Shown here: positions 26,637 to 38,013 of the stretch, in pieces
Numbering within the stretch: position 1 is the stretch's first letter
How the letters are laid out: each line of letters begins with the position of its first letter
NCBI RefSeq assembly: GCF_018977255.1
Contig: NW_024704743.1
Location: forward strand, 92,444,001-92,508,000
Reading direction: 5' to 3'
DNA length: 64,000 bases
DNA from: Callorhinchus milii
Taxonomy: Eukaryota
Made by a program: the position numbers and the translations under genes
The notes under the pieces: model-generated
What the model was told of the DNA's origin: nothing
Database searches by the model: none
Seen by the model: the letters and a program-made list of their open reading frames with translations, nothing else

Positions 26637-27074
26637 CTAAAATAAAAGCTAGAATTATTCTTCATCTCACACATCTATATTGTTAACAGTGTAAAGGTGT
26701 TATTTTTCCTGTACACTGGTAACATTGCAAATACTGTAAACAAGAATCATGGAATTTATCCTGGCTGAAATTCTGTTGTGGCAACAATAGCCTTTTAACA
26801 CATGAGGGTAAATTGGTGGCATTTTGATGACCTCTGCGACCGTGCTTACGGTCACCTCCTCCCTCCCACCGGCTCGGCATCAGGTTCTGCCACTGTTAAG
26901 TGCTCCGAGACGCTGCCCGCATGAAGGACACTATATAAATGCAAGTTGTTTATCAATTTCACAATGGTGTTTGATATGATCATTAATATTTAAGCTAAAT
27001 GAACCATGTTCAAGTACTTAGCTTGACTTTTAACATGCCTTATAAAGAGACTTTGAATTGTGTCAATACTGCAA

Positions 27075-27390
27075 TAAATAAATAATCCTTACATTTGGTA
27101 CAATGCTTTTCACATCAGAAGGACATCTCAGAGCACTTCACAGGTTATACTGTGAAGTGAAGGGACTGTGTGTGTTGTGGACAAACACGGCAGCCAATTT
27201 GTGCAGAACAATGTCCTACAACCAGCCATTAAATTATGGGATCTTTAATGTCCACCTGAACAAGCAGACGGGACCTTGGTTTAACATTTCATCCAAAGGA
27301 CCGAGTTTCCAACAATGCAGCACCTCCCAGCACTGCATTGTAGTTATCAACCTAGTCTAGATGAATCCAAAGTTCCAACGTGAGGCTTTA
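27075..27390 (-). mobile_element. Deu-domain SINE (deleted)
   Basis: Reverse-complement Deu core GGGATCTTTAATGTCCACCTGAAC..GGTTTAAC and an L2-type tail. Confidence 0.7.
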
Positions 27391-30012
27391 ATACTCTATA
27401 TACTAATATATATTTGATCTGGTCTTCTAGTAAAATGAAATGATTGAAATATAAATGCGTTGTTGCTTTTGCTTCATCATGGATAAAACTACAGAGGTAT
27501 ATATAAAAAAGTGCCCTTAGAGAAACTGCAAGGGAAGTGGAGAAACTAATTTTCTTTGAATAGCTTCTGCAACCATTAGCTGGGTCCTGAAGAGTCTGGA
27601 AACGCAGAATCATTGTGATTTACACTGCGGAAGAAACTTTTTGTGGGACTATCCTTAACACTTTTTGTTTCATCTCGGGGAGAAAAGATTTTTAGCATTG
27701 AAACGTAGAAAATACTGGTTCAAATGAAACTCCAAATTATAACTGCTATCATAGTCACTGATTTAATAGGGCTTTCTGACAAGTTATATTAGCTTCTTAA
27801 CAAAAATCTACAAGACAATTGTGGGCACTAAAATGTAGTTTTATTCTTGGTGACCCTAGCTATTTTAATCTAAGGTCTGAAGAGGTTCGATGTACTTTGA
27901 TTTCAGTTCATTAATTCTCTGTCAGTGATGTTATTTGATTCTGAGATATTTTGTAAGAAATCCAATGAAACGTGTCTGTTCTTCCAGTGCTCAAATACAC
28001 CACCGGTTGAATTGACGTTATCAAAGGAACTGCAGACCTTCAGGCTCACATTGACTTTTAATTGATGAGGTGCATTGTAACTGGGTTTTATGTATGCCCA
28101 TTTACCACAGAACAAATTAAGATCTGCTGCTGATTAAATCCTCACCTCTGGAAGCTGTGATCAGAATCAGTTCTAGTGTTGTACACGGTGCTTCCCAGAA
28201 CATAGATTCAAATTCTCTTCTAAAATAAGGAGAATTGAATTGATCTGATCTACAGAGGTTGTGCAGGCACAGAACTGAGTGGCAAATCTAATGTTATGGT
28301 ATAAGCTCAGGATCAGGTTTAAGCAATGATGCCAATATAGCCGTTAGAGTGAATAAAGAGTGCAAGGTTAGGGACGTGAAAAGAGCTTTATTGCAGCTGT
28401 TACTCTATTATTATTATTATTATCATTATTATTACTCCTGGAGGCACAGAGATACTGCACATTAAGAATTAGTATATTCTGTAGCTGCTAGCATCTCATA
28501 TCAACTTGATATTACTGCTTTTCTTTCATACACACATTTTTCTATTATTTATTTAGTGTTAATTTTTTTATTGATACCTATGTGAAAAATCTTATACAAG
28601 CATTTTATCATGTGCAAGACATTGTTTGCAATCGTGAACTCTTTGTATAAGAACTGCAGAAAATATAAAATAAACAGCAGTCGCTCTTGGAGAGGTCAAA
28701 GAATTGCTCATGTGGCTCATATACTTGAATCTTAAATCCTTTTATTGATCCATGCCTTGTAATGCTTCCCATTTACAGGATGCTGTATTCCTATTCTTAA
28801 ATTCTAAATTGTGTTAATTACTTTGACATGTTGTATTCCATCTGCCATAGGTCTGTCCACTTATGTAATGCGTCTAAGATCTTTGTAATTTTCTGTAGCC
28901 CTATTCACAATTTACAACTGAGTGTAGCTTTGGATCATCAAACAAGACTATGTCTTTCTTGAAATATTTTTGCTGTCACGTAGTTGCTGCAAAATCATTT
29001 GTAAAGCCCCATGTATGATTATACTGTACAAACTTTCTGTGAACTGCTGTGGCCATTCAGACATCTTTACTCTCACAAAATGAATAAAATAATGTTTAGA
29101 TCCTAAAATGTTTTTTCAAAGGTGACTGAGAAGCACCACAGTCAGAGAAGATGATGTGGCAGCCCCTGGATTACAATGTATTCACAGAAAATGGAGAAGG
29201 GGCTCCTGCTTCTTGTTTGGAATCAAATCCAATGTTAGGTGGCCAAGGCCACTGTTATCATTTATATGCAAGGGTTATTATTAAACGTCTGTGTTATTAA
29301 ATGTCTTTATATCCCTCTTTACTTTTTATTTCACAAAGCGTAGCAGTCGCGGAGCCTACCTGCTGAGCGTAATGATAGTCTTGAAGATCCAGTTGAAACC
29401 AATAAATCTGGCACTTTACAAAATCACAAGATCAATTACGCTGAAGAAAGCCTATTGAATCTTATCCTCCTAAACTGACCTGCAAGTCCTCAATGCGAAC
29501 CTAAGGTAACCTTTACACCCAATGACTAAATTTGTCACGTTGAATGATATAACACCATTGTGGATGAAAGATTGATGTTACATAAAAGATTTCATGTGAT
29601 AACTATGAAGAAACATTGCAATTTGTAAAGATGTTTGATTCTTCACCCTTAGTGCCCTTCATCAAAGAGTGAAATCTGTATTCAGTAAGATATCCAATAG
29701 CTGAGTCATTTTACTCGTCTTCATTTTAAATTTCTGTTTTGTACACATCAGAGGTTGCAAAGAATCCCATATGATTTGAAATGTCTCTGTTAGCTCCTGG
29801 CAAAATATAATAATTCTGATGGATTGATTTTGAGCGAGTATACCTGGTTGATTTGATTTGAAAATCTATGACTCCCACAGCAGTTTTTAAAATATGAAAA
29901 TAAAATCATAAAGACACTACACAGTGTATATTAAGAGACATATACATGGTTGTGTCCCCTCTTAATCCTGCAGACACTGAGAACCTCACTACACTGGGTA
30001 TGAATACGTACA

Positions 30013-30604
30013 TAGAGTAGTGGTTAGCAAGCAGAAGGACCTGGGTTTGATTCCCGGGCAGGGCGAAACCTTAGGCATGTTTCCTTACTCCACGTGTCTC
30101 TGTTTACCTAGCAGTAAGTAGGAACCAGTTGTTAGTTGATTAGCGGATCGCTTTGTAATTAACCCTCCAAAAAAAATTGGTTTGACTAAATCCACGACTG
30201 TTGTGTGCAATTGACAACCGCAATTTGCCCACAAAATATACAGTCACTACACTTACAATATATCCTGTGAACTGTTTACTTAGCAGTAAGTACGAACCCG
30301 GTTGTTAGTCAATTGGTGGATAGCTTTTCCGGGGGGGGGATTAATTCCTTTAAAAAAAATTGGTCACTCAATCCACAACTGTTTATGGGACACTGCTGTG
30401 TGCACTTGGCTGCCACATTTCGCCCACAAAATATACAATCAATTCACTTTACAGTATATTCTGTGAAGCGCTTTGAGAAGTCTAGAAGACGTGAAAAGTA
30501 CTACATCAAATGCAAGGATTATTATTATTATTCTGTGAAGTGCTTTGAGATGTCTCGATGACATGATAAGGTGCTGTATCAAATGCAAGGATCATTATTA
30601 TTAT
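30013..30604 (+). mobile_element. tRNA-headed SINE (long variant) with a 5'-truncated copy of the same family (30272-30528) nested in its tail
   Basis: TSD TAT(C/T)CTGTGAA at 30261-30271 and 30529-30539; the body segment CTGTTTAC(C/T)TAGCAGTAAGTA occurs twice. Confidence 0.85.
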
Positions 30605-30986
30605 GAATAGTAAAACCGCATGCTTTTCACTTGAGCTCCTCACCACCAAAGCCCCCCCCCTCAAATTCATAAGAGATTGTCAATGCCATTCAGAGAGGCT
30701 TGTGATGTGTAAAATTAATTGTGCAATGGTCTACAGTATGTATAGCTGCATTTCTTTTCAATAAGGTTTCTGATGTAACCCTTTGAAAAGAAATGTTGAA
30801 GTCTGCATTGAGCCTGAAGGGACATTTGTGCCCAATTCCAGCTTGATCTTCCATGGTCTGACACAAACAGACTGACACAAGCACTGCAGTTACCCAGCTT
30901 GAACCTGGCTCATGATTTTAATGGTAGGAAGTTCCTCTGAATTATGGGTAGAGATGAATCAGTCTTACTTGGTGTAGGTGTCAGCC

Positions 30987-31195
30987 AACAACAACAACAA
31001 CTTGGATTTATATAGCACCCTCCACGCCGGACGGTGTCTCAGAGCGCTTACCAGTAACGGATCCCGGGGCCGAGTCAGGGAGAGGAACCAAAGGCGTAGT
31101 AGGAAAGTAAGGTCTTCAGCTGAGACCTGAAAATGGGAAGAGAGGGGGCGAGGCGAAAGGTGTGAGGAAGGGAGTTCCAGAGCCTCGGGGCGCAA
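30987..31195 (-). mobile_element. L2 3' fragment, second subfamily
   Basis: Tail AAGCGCTCTGAGACACCGTCCGGCGTGGAGGGTGCTATATAAATCCAA(GTT)n; the same tail type occurs at 61879-61950. Confidence 0.8.
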
Positions 31196-31264
31196 TAAAG
31201 CCTGGCTTAATTGGTCGCACTCTCACCTTTGTCTTCTCATGCAATCTAGACTGTACTGGGGGAG

Positions 31265-31440
31265 TGTAATGTTTGTTAATCCAGAACACAGTTTAGGTTT
31301 ACTTTTCCCTTTATTTAAACCTTTCTCTTTTACTCTCTTCCACAATCTACCCAATCACTTTCCCAGAATCCTTTTATACTTGCTTGCTTCTCATTGCCAA
31401 TGTCCAGTCGACAATTAAGTCATTAAAGTATTATGCAACA
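31265..31440 (-). repeat. Gypsy 3' LTR (176 bp)
   Basis: Matches pieces 36774-36810, 37957-38013, 39489-39570 and 39636-39651. Confidence 0.9.
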
Positions 31441-32646
31441 TCTTCCTTCTTTTAGCTTCTTCACTTTTTTTTCAATCTTCTATAATTCTTTGTGGTCTTT
31501 TTATTTCTCTTCCGCATCTGATTGTTCTTATCATTTCTGCCACTCCTTGATCTTCCTTCTGCTTTTCCTTTTCCTCCCGTATTTTCTTTATTTTTGTCTG
31601 TTTGATTTCCCATGATTTTCATCTATATATCTTTCCTTTTTCATCTTTTACCCAATATGAGCTGTGGTTCTTATCTTTCCCCCAAAGTTTTCCTTTCATC
31701 CATCCTTCTGCTTTTAAGTTTTACCTTTTTTGAAAGCTGTTTCCTTCTTTGGCTCTTGCCCTTGTTTCTTTCAATCTATTTTTCTCTATACTTGTGGTCT
31801 CCCTTTTGTTTCCTCCCATATTAACCCATCTCTTCATCTCTGGACATCAAGATTTGTGCTGGTGACTGTCCCTGGTCATCTATCGGCCAGTAATGCCAAA
31901 TGTTTATCTTCCTTTTCTTCCTCGGCTTTCTTCCACATTTTCTTTATTGTCTGTACTGCTCTTTCCATTGCTTCATGGATATCCTGGTAATGATGCTCTA
32001 TGGTCTAGCTTCCACTGTTTTAGCAAATTTTTTTATATTCAGTAAATTGTGGCCTGTTGTTACTATTAATTCCTTTGATATTCCATGCCTGGCTAATATT
32101 TCTTTAGTTTTCTCTATTACTGTTTCTGCAGTTATATCATTTAATTCTGCATATTCACTCTACCTCAAGGTACAGTCTACTATCAACAAATAATCTTTCC
32201 CATTATAACAGACCAAATCTGTTCCTATTTTTGTCCATGCTGTGTTTGGTCTCTGATGCCCCATTAAAGGTTCATGTCTTTCTCTGTTTTGGTGTCTCAC
32301 ACAAATCTCACACATGCCTCACACTTTCCTATGTAGTCTTGGATTTGTTTACTCATTCCCAGTCAAAATACTACTTCTTGTTCTTCTCTTCACTTTTTCT
32401 ATTTCCCAATGTAAGTTTCTCAACATTTTTTTTCTTAACTCTCTTGTAATTGTTGTTCTATGCCCTCTATATTATTCCTTTTTTCTGATATTTTTCATTT
32501 CTATATTCCCAATATGGTTGTACCACCTCTGGTGCATCTTTTCTATTTTCTGGCCAACCTTTGTTCAATATTGTTTGAATTTCCTTACTCAATTTATCTT
32601 TTTTGTTTGCTTCTATTATTTAATTCTCAAGTCTTGTTGCTTTTAC

Positions 32647-34875
32647 TCTTGTTACTCTTGCCCCCATCACTTCCCGCACTGTCTCCTACTCCCGCTCCTC
32701 CCCCTGGTACACCACCCACCTCCGCTCACTGAAATGCCAGGTGCGGGCTGCTGAGCGCACCTTTGTCAAATCTGGCCTAACGGTCCACCGACAAATCTGG
32801 CTGGACCTCCTCAAAATTTACCGCTCCACTCTAGCCTCGGCCAAGTCGTCCTTCTACTCCAGGATAATCCTGGAGGCGAAGAACAACCCCAGGCTACTGT
32901 TTTCCACCACATCCCGACTCCTCCGTCCCCCCCGCCACCCCGCGCAGGTCATCTCCTCCAACCTTCACTGCGAGGAGATGCTGGATTTCCTTGAATCCAA
33001 GATCAAGGGAATCCGCTCCGCGGTCACTTCCCCTCCAACTTCCACCCACCACCCACCCCTTCCCTCCCACACTCCGACTCCTACCCATCCTCCCCTACAC
33101 ACCTTCGTACCCGTTTCCCCACCCTCTGTCACTGAACTCATCCTATCCCTAAAACCAACCACCTGCTCCCTTGACCCCATCCCCACTCCACTCCTTATCT
33201 CCCAGCTCCATTTTCTTGCCCCACACATCACTGACATCATAAACCTGTCCCTCTCCTCTGGCTCTGTCCCCATTCCATTAAAAACTGCCATCATCACGCC
33301 CACCCTGAAAAAACCCTCCCTTGATGCGTCGCAGCTATCAAGCTACCGGCCCATCTCCAACCTCCCCTTTCTCTCCAAGGTCTTGGAAAGAGTTGTCGCC
33401 TCCCAACTGCGCTCTTTCCTCTCCACCCATTCTCTTTTCGAACCCCTTCAGTCAGGTTTCCGTGCTGCTCATAGCACAGAAACTGCCCTGGTCAAGGTCA
33501 CCAATGATATCCTGACCATCTGTGACCAGGGCTCCCTCTGTCTCCTCGTCCTCCTCGACCTATCGGCAGCATTCGATACGGTCGACCACGCTATCCTACT
33601 CCACCGCTTGTCCTCCCACCTCAACCTTCAAGGCACTGTCCTTGAATGGTTTAGCTCTTACCTTTCCACCGTCTTCACTTCGTCTCAACGAATGGCTTCT
33701 CCTCCACCCCCCGTACTGTCTCATGTGGTGTCCCTCAGGGCTCTGTCCTCGGTCCCCTCCTCTTCACCCTCTATATGCTCCCCCTTGGTGACATCATCCG
33801 CAAACATGGGGTTAACTTCCACATGTATGCGGATGACACCCAACTCTACCTTTCCTCCTCTACTCTCAACTCCACGACCACCGATGTCCTGACAGCCTGC
33901 CTGTCCGACATCGAGTCCTGGACGAGAGACAACTTTCTTCAGCTCAACGTGCGAAAAACCGAGGCCCTCCTGATTGGCTCACGTCAGCGCCTCCGCACCT
34001 CAGGCGCTGACACCATCAGCATCCAAGGCTGCACTCTCCACCTCTCAAAGCCAGTCAGGAACCTCGGCGTTTTGTTCGACCCTGAGCTGTCCTTTCTCCC
34101 TCACATCCGCACCACAACTGGCACCGCCTTCCATCACCTCCGGAATATCGCCAGATTACGGCACTACCTCACCCCTCACGCTGCTGAAACCCTGGTTCAC
34201 GCCTTTGTCACCTCAAGGCTGGACTATGGGAACTCTCTCCTCGCCGGCCTTCCCGGCACCTCCCTCCACAAGCTGCAGGTCATTCAGAACTCTGCAGCTC
34301 GTGTACTGTCCCGCACCAGGCTTCGCGACCACATCACTCCCACCCTCGCTCGCCTCCACTGGCTCCCCATCCCCCAGAGGATTGATTTCAAGATCCTCAT
34401 CCTCACCTACAAGGCCATTCACGGCCTTGCTCCCTCCTACCTCTCCAACCTACTATCCCCCTACCTACCTGCCCGTACCCTCCGTTCCTCTGGCTCCGGT
34501 CTGCTCCACGTCCCCCGCCCCAACCGCCCTACTATCGGTGGTCGGGCCTTCAGCCTCTCAGCCCCCAGGCTCTGGAACTCCATCCCCCAGTGCCTTCGCC
34601 TTGCTTCCTCCCTTTCCTCCTTCAAGGCCGGTCTCAAAACCTTTCTCTTTGACCGTGCCTTCAGCTCCCCTCTCGACTCTCTTCCTCCTCCTCGCTCCCT
34701 CCCTTCCCTCCCCTCACCCTGACCATTTCCCCCCTCCTCTCTCCCTCCCTTCCCTCCCCTCACCCTGACCATTTCCCCCCTGCTCGGGTCATGACCCAAC
34801 TGTGCAGCGCCTTGGGACGTCCTCCTGACGTGAAAGGCGCTCTATAAATGGAATCTTGTTGTTGTTGTTGTTGTT
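32647..34875 (+). mobile_element. Young 5'-truncated L2 LINE (~2.2 kb) inserted in Gypsy pol
   Basis: GC-rich insert; 3' stem-loop GCGCCTT..ACGTC/GACGT..AAGGCGC; (GTT)n tail; TSD approximately TTGTTG(C)TTTTA. Confidence 0.95.
32654..34722 (+). pseudogene. L2 ORF2 reverse transcriptase (no endonuclease; single frameshift near 33668)
   Basis: [43 protein letters not shown], then after the frameshift [39 protein letters not shown]. Confidence 0.95.
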
Positions 34876-36810
34876 TTATGATTTCCCAATCATTCTTTGT
34901 AACCTAGGTGGTGTTTCCTTTAATCCCTTCCGAAAAATTACCTCTAATGGTTTGTGATCATTTTCGATTATTACTTTCTTCCCAAATACAGATTGTTTAA
35001 ATCTCTTGCATCCAAATACGACTCATAAACACTCCTTCTCTATCTTTGCATATTGCTTTTCTGTCTCTAAGAGAGCTCTCAATGCATATGCTCCAGTTTT
35101 TACTTCTTGAGTTAACGTCACTCCTAACCCTGTTTTACAGATATTTTAACTGGCGCATGTACATCATAAAATTTTAACACCAGAGCTTTTGTTATAGCCT
35201 CTTTTATTTGCTGAAATGCTTTTTCTGTTCTTTTTCCCACATGAACCCTCTTTTTTCTTTTACAAGCTCCCTTATTGGCTCCATTATTTCAGTTACTTTT
35301 GGAGTAAATGTTACTATCCAATTCATCATTCCTATGAGCCTTTTCACTCTTTTTTTTATTTATCGGTGTGAGCATTTTTATTATTGTTATTACCTTTTGC
35401 TGATCAATTGTTAACCCTTCTTGAGTAATTATAAGTACTAAGTACATTACTTCCATTACTCCTATCCTGCATTTTACTTTGTTTCATTGTGTTCTTTCCA
35501 TATTTTAGCATATATCAAAATGGCATCAATACAAATGATCACTCTTGGTATTTCTTCCAATATTTGTGACAATTTTTTCTAAAACACCTCTTGTGCTGAC
35601 TTGATTCCAAAGGGCACTCTTTGGAAACAATACCTCACATATGGTTTCATAAACATTGTTAAATACATACTATCCTTTGACAATTTGACTTCTCAATATC
35701 CTGAGAAGCAATCTAACATTGAGAAGTAACTTGCGCCATGTAGTTACTTAAGCATCCACATCTTCTAAAGTGGGAATAACATAATGTTCCCTTTTTATAG
35801 CCCTGTTTAACTGTTGTGGAATTAAACATATCCTTAATGATTTGTCTAGTTTCTCTATGGTTACCACTGCACTCACCCACTCAGTGGGTTTGTCCACCTT
35901 TTTTATTATTTGGTCCCTTTACATTTGGTCTAATTTTTCTTTCAGTCTTTTTTTCATTGCCTCTGGTACTCTCCTTAATGCTGAATTACTGATGGTACTG
36001 TCTCTTCTAATCTTATTGTGTAATCTCCTTTCATTAATCCTTTGTTTTCAAACATCTGTTTATATTTTCCTAATATTTCTTCCGTTTCCTTTGGTACTCT
36101 TTCCTCTATTTTCACATTCCCAATTCTTTTTAACATTCCCATCGTTATTATATCTTCTAGTCCTAATAAAGTATTAGCTTTTATTTTTACAATGTAGAAT
36201 TTTATTCTATACTATCTCCCTTTGTAGATCACTTCTATCTCTACTCCGCCACTGCTTCAATTTTTGCTTTGTTATATGCGATTAGTTTACCTTTCCCTTT
36301 CTCTATTTTTTCCTTATTTGATTCTGTCAATTTTATATATTCCTCCCATGTCATTACACTGGCCTGTGCTCCTGTACTTAATTTGCCCTGAATGACTTTA
36401 TTTACTTCTTTTACACCATAGATATACCATCCACTCATTTTTCTCTTTTTCATAATATTCATCTTCTCATTCGCTGGCATGTCCACCTCTCTTTCTAGGG
36501 CTGCAAAATATTCCCTTGCTTCCTCGCCTACCACATTCAAAGACTGCTGTTCCTGCGGCAGTTTCATTATGTTTGCTGCTAATCCAAACATTTTAAAGTC
36601 TCTTTCAAACTGTTGCCAATTGTGCCTTAAACTTCCAACCAACTTCAGTGGTCTTGGTATCTGCATATACCTTGGTACGGCATTCAATTCTGCTTCTCGG
36701 CATTTTGCTTTTCAATCTATATTTAATCTCGTAGTCCGTTTCATTCCAGGTTCCCTTTTCACTTGTGACACCACGTATTGTTTGTTAATCCAGAACACAG
36801 TTTAGATTTA

Positions 36811-37956
36811 TTGTTTTTCTTTAAAACAAATATATATTTATTGGTATATTAAAAAATAAATAATATATTCAAACTTTTCTCATAAAAATACATACCCTTC
36901 ACAGAAAAGAGGGCATTTTCAAATATGTTTAATCTGGTGACAAAGTTCTATGGCCCCATCCTTTTATTTCCCAAGCAAACATATAAAGCAGTACATTCCA
37001 CTTGCCTCGTGGAAGAAAACACATCCATAACAGAAAAAAAGGATCTACTTCAATATAGTCTGTTTCCTTAGGGCGGCCACTACTTTTTTCACCTTTCCCC
37101 TAGTCCCTCCGTCTCCAGTCCCCTTCAAGGTTTTAGGTATCACTGTTGTTGGGGGTTCTGACAGAAATCTGGCCTAAATGTCCGTGCTTTTTGGGGGGTT
37201 TCCGCCTTTTCTTTCTTTTGCGCTGGTGTTCCCAATCTTTCACCGTTCATGACCTCCATCTCCTCTTTATTTTCACCCTCTTCTTTTCTTCCTTTTTTTT
37301 TCATTCCCTTTTGCCGGCCACCTGCCAGTGTCCCGCTTTTCCAGACTCCTTTGTTTGTCACTGTTCTGGCATGGAGGTTTTGCAAATTGGTGCTGGGTGA
37401 CCTCCATCTCTTCCTCGCTTCCTTCCTTCTCATGCGAGTCTATGTTTTCCGCGGAGGAGGTATTGTCCAAAGATGACTCCACGTTCCCCTGCCTGGTTAT
37501 CAAATTATCCTCCACAAGCAGCACAAACTCCTCCTCTTGTTGCTGTCCTTTTTTCTTCTCTTCCTGTTGTGGCCCTCTTTGTGCGATGACCTGCTTTTCC
37601 TCTGTCACCTGCTGCCTCACCTGGTCTCCGGGTTGATGGGTCGGGACCGGTTTCTGTCCACTCCTCTTTAACCAATCCCAGGACTCTTGTTTACGAGGGG
37701 AGTGCTCTAACCACTGAGCTACAGGGCTGAGCTATTTCTGTCTTCTCCCTCCTCTCTTTCACCTTCCCACTGCTATTCTTTTTCCCCATGACTAGACAAA
37801 CATTTTAAACCTGGTTTTCCCTAGACATGGAAAAACCCAGACATTTGCCTGTCCTTTCTCTGGTCTACTCTCAGGCCTAGCCTGATATTAGATACCTCTC
37901 TCACTCTCTCTATTTTTTCCACTCACCTCAAAATCCTTTTATTCTCAGCTGACAAC
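36811..37956 (-). mobile_element. Unclassified poly(A)-tailed retro-insertion with an internal tRNA-like cassette and an acidic/Lys-rich ORF remnant
   Basis: TSD TTTAGATT(T/C)A at 36801-36810 and 37957-37966. T-rich end and TTTATT (~36837) correspond to poly(A) and AATAAA on the minus strand. ORFs 37273..37620 and 37140..37433; tRNA-like segment ~37675-37727. Confidence 0.7.
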
Positions 37957-38013
37957 TTTAGATTCACTAATTCCTTTATTTAAACCTTACACTTCGACTC
38001 TCTTCCACAATCT

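Larger units (their letters stand above)
31441..36687 (-). pseudogene. Gypsy gag-pol remnant (many stops and frameshifts; interrupted by L2)
   Basis: gag PRPLKLVGSLRHNWQQFERDFKMF; PR GKLSTGAQASVM; RT EWVSAVVTIEK..LRICL..LNRAIKREHY..PTLE, FQRVPFGIKSAQEVF; RH EKQYAKIEKE..ENDHKPLEVIF..PPRLQRM; pre-IN GWPENRK..PYWEYRNE..CEAC. Confidence 0.85.

Noticed and set aside
31433..32754. Phe/Leu-rich membrane-protein-like ORFs on the plus strand
   Set aside because: They are the antisense of A-rich Gypsy pol sequence.
32741..34722. Two host genes (383 aa and 315 aa ORFs) or a programmed frameshift
   Set aside because: They are one L2 ORF2 broken by a 1-nt deletion; no slippery site is evident.
33974..34768. 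Overlapping 264-aa Ser/Pro-rich ORF and similar ORFs at 18309, 19281 and 22528
   Set aside because: Alternative-frame by-products of C-rich L2 codon usage.
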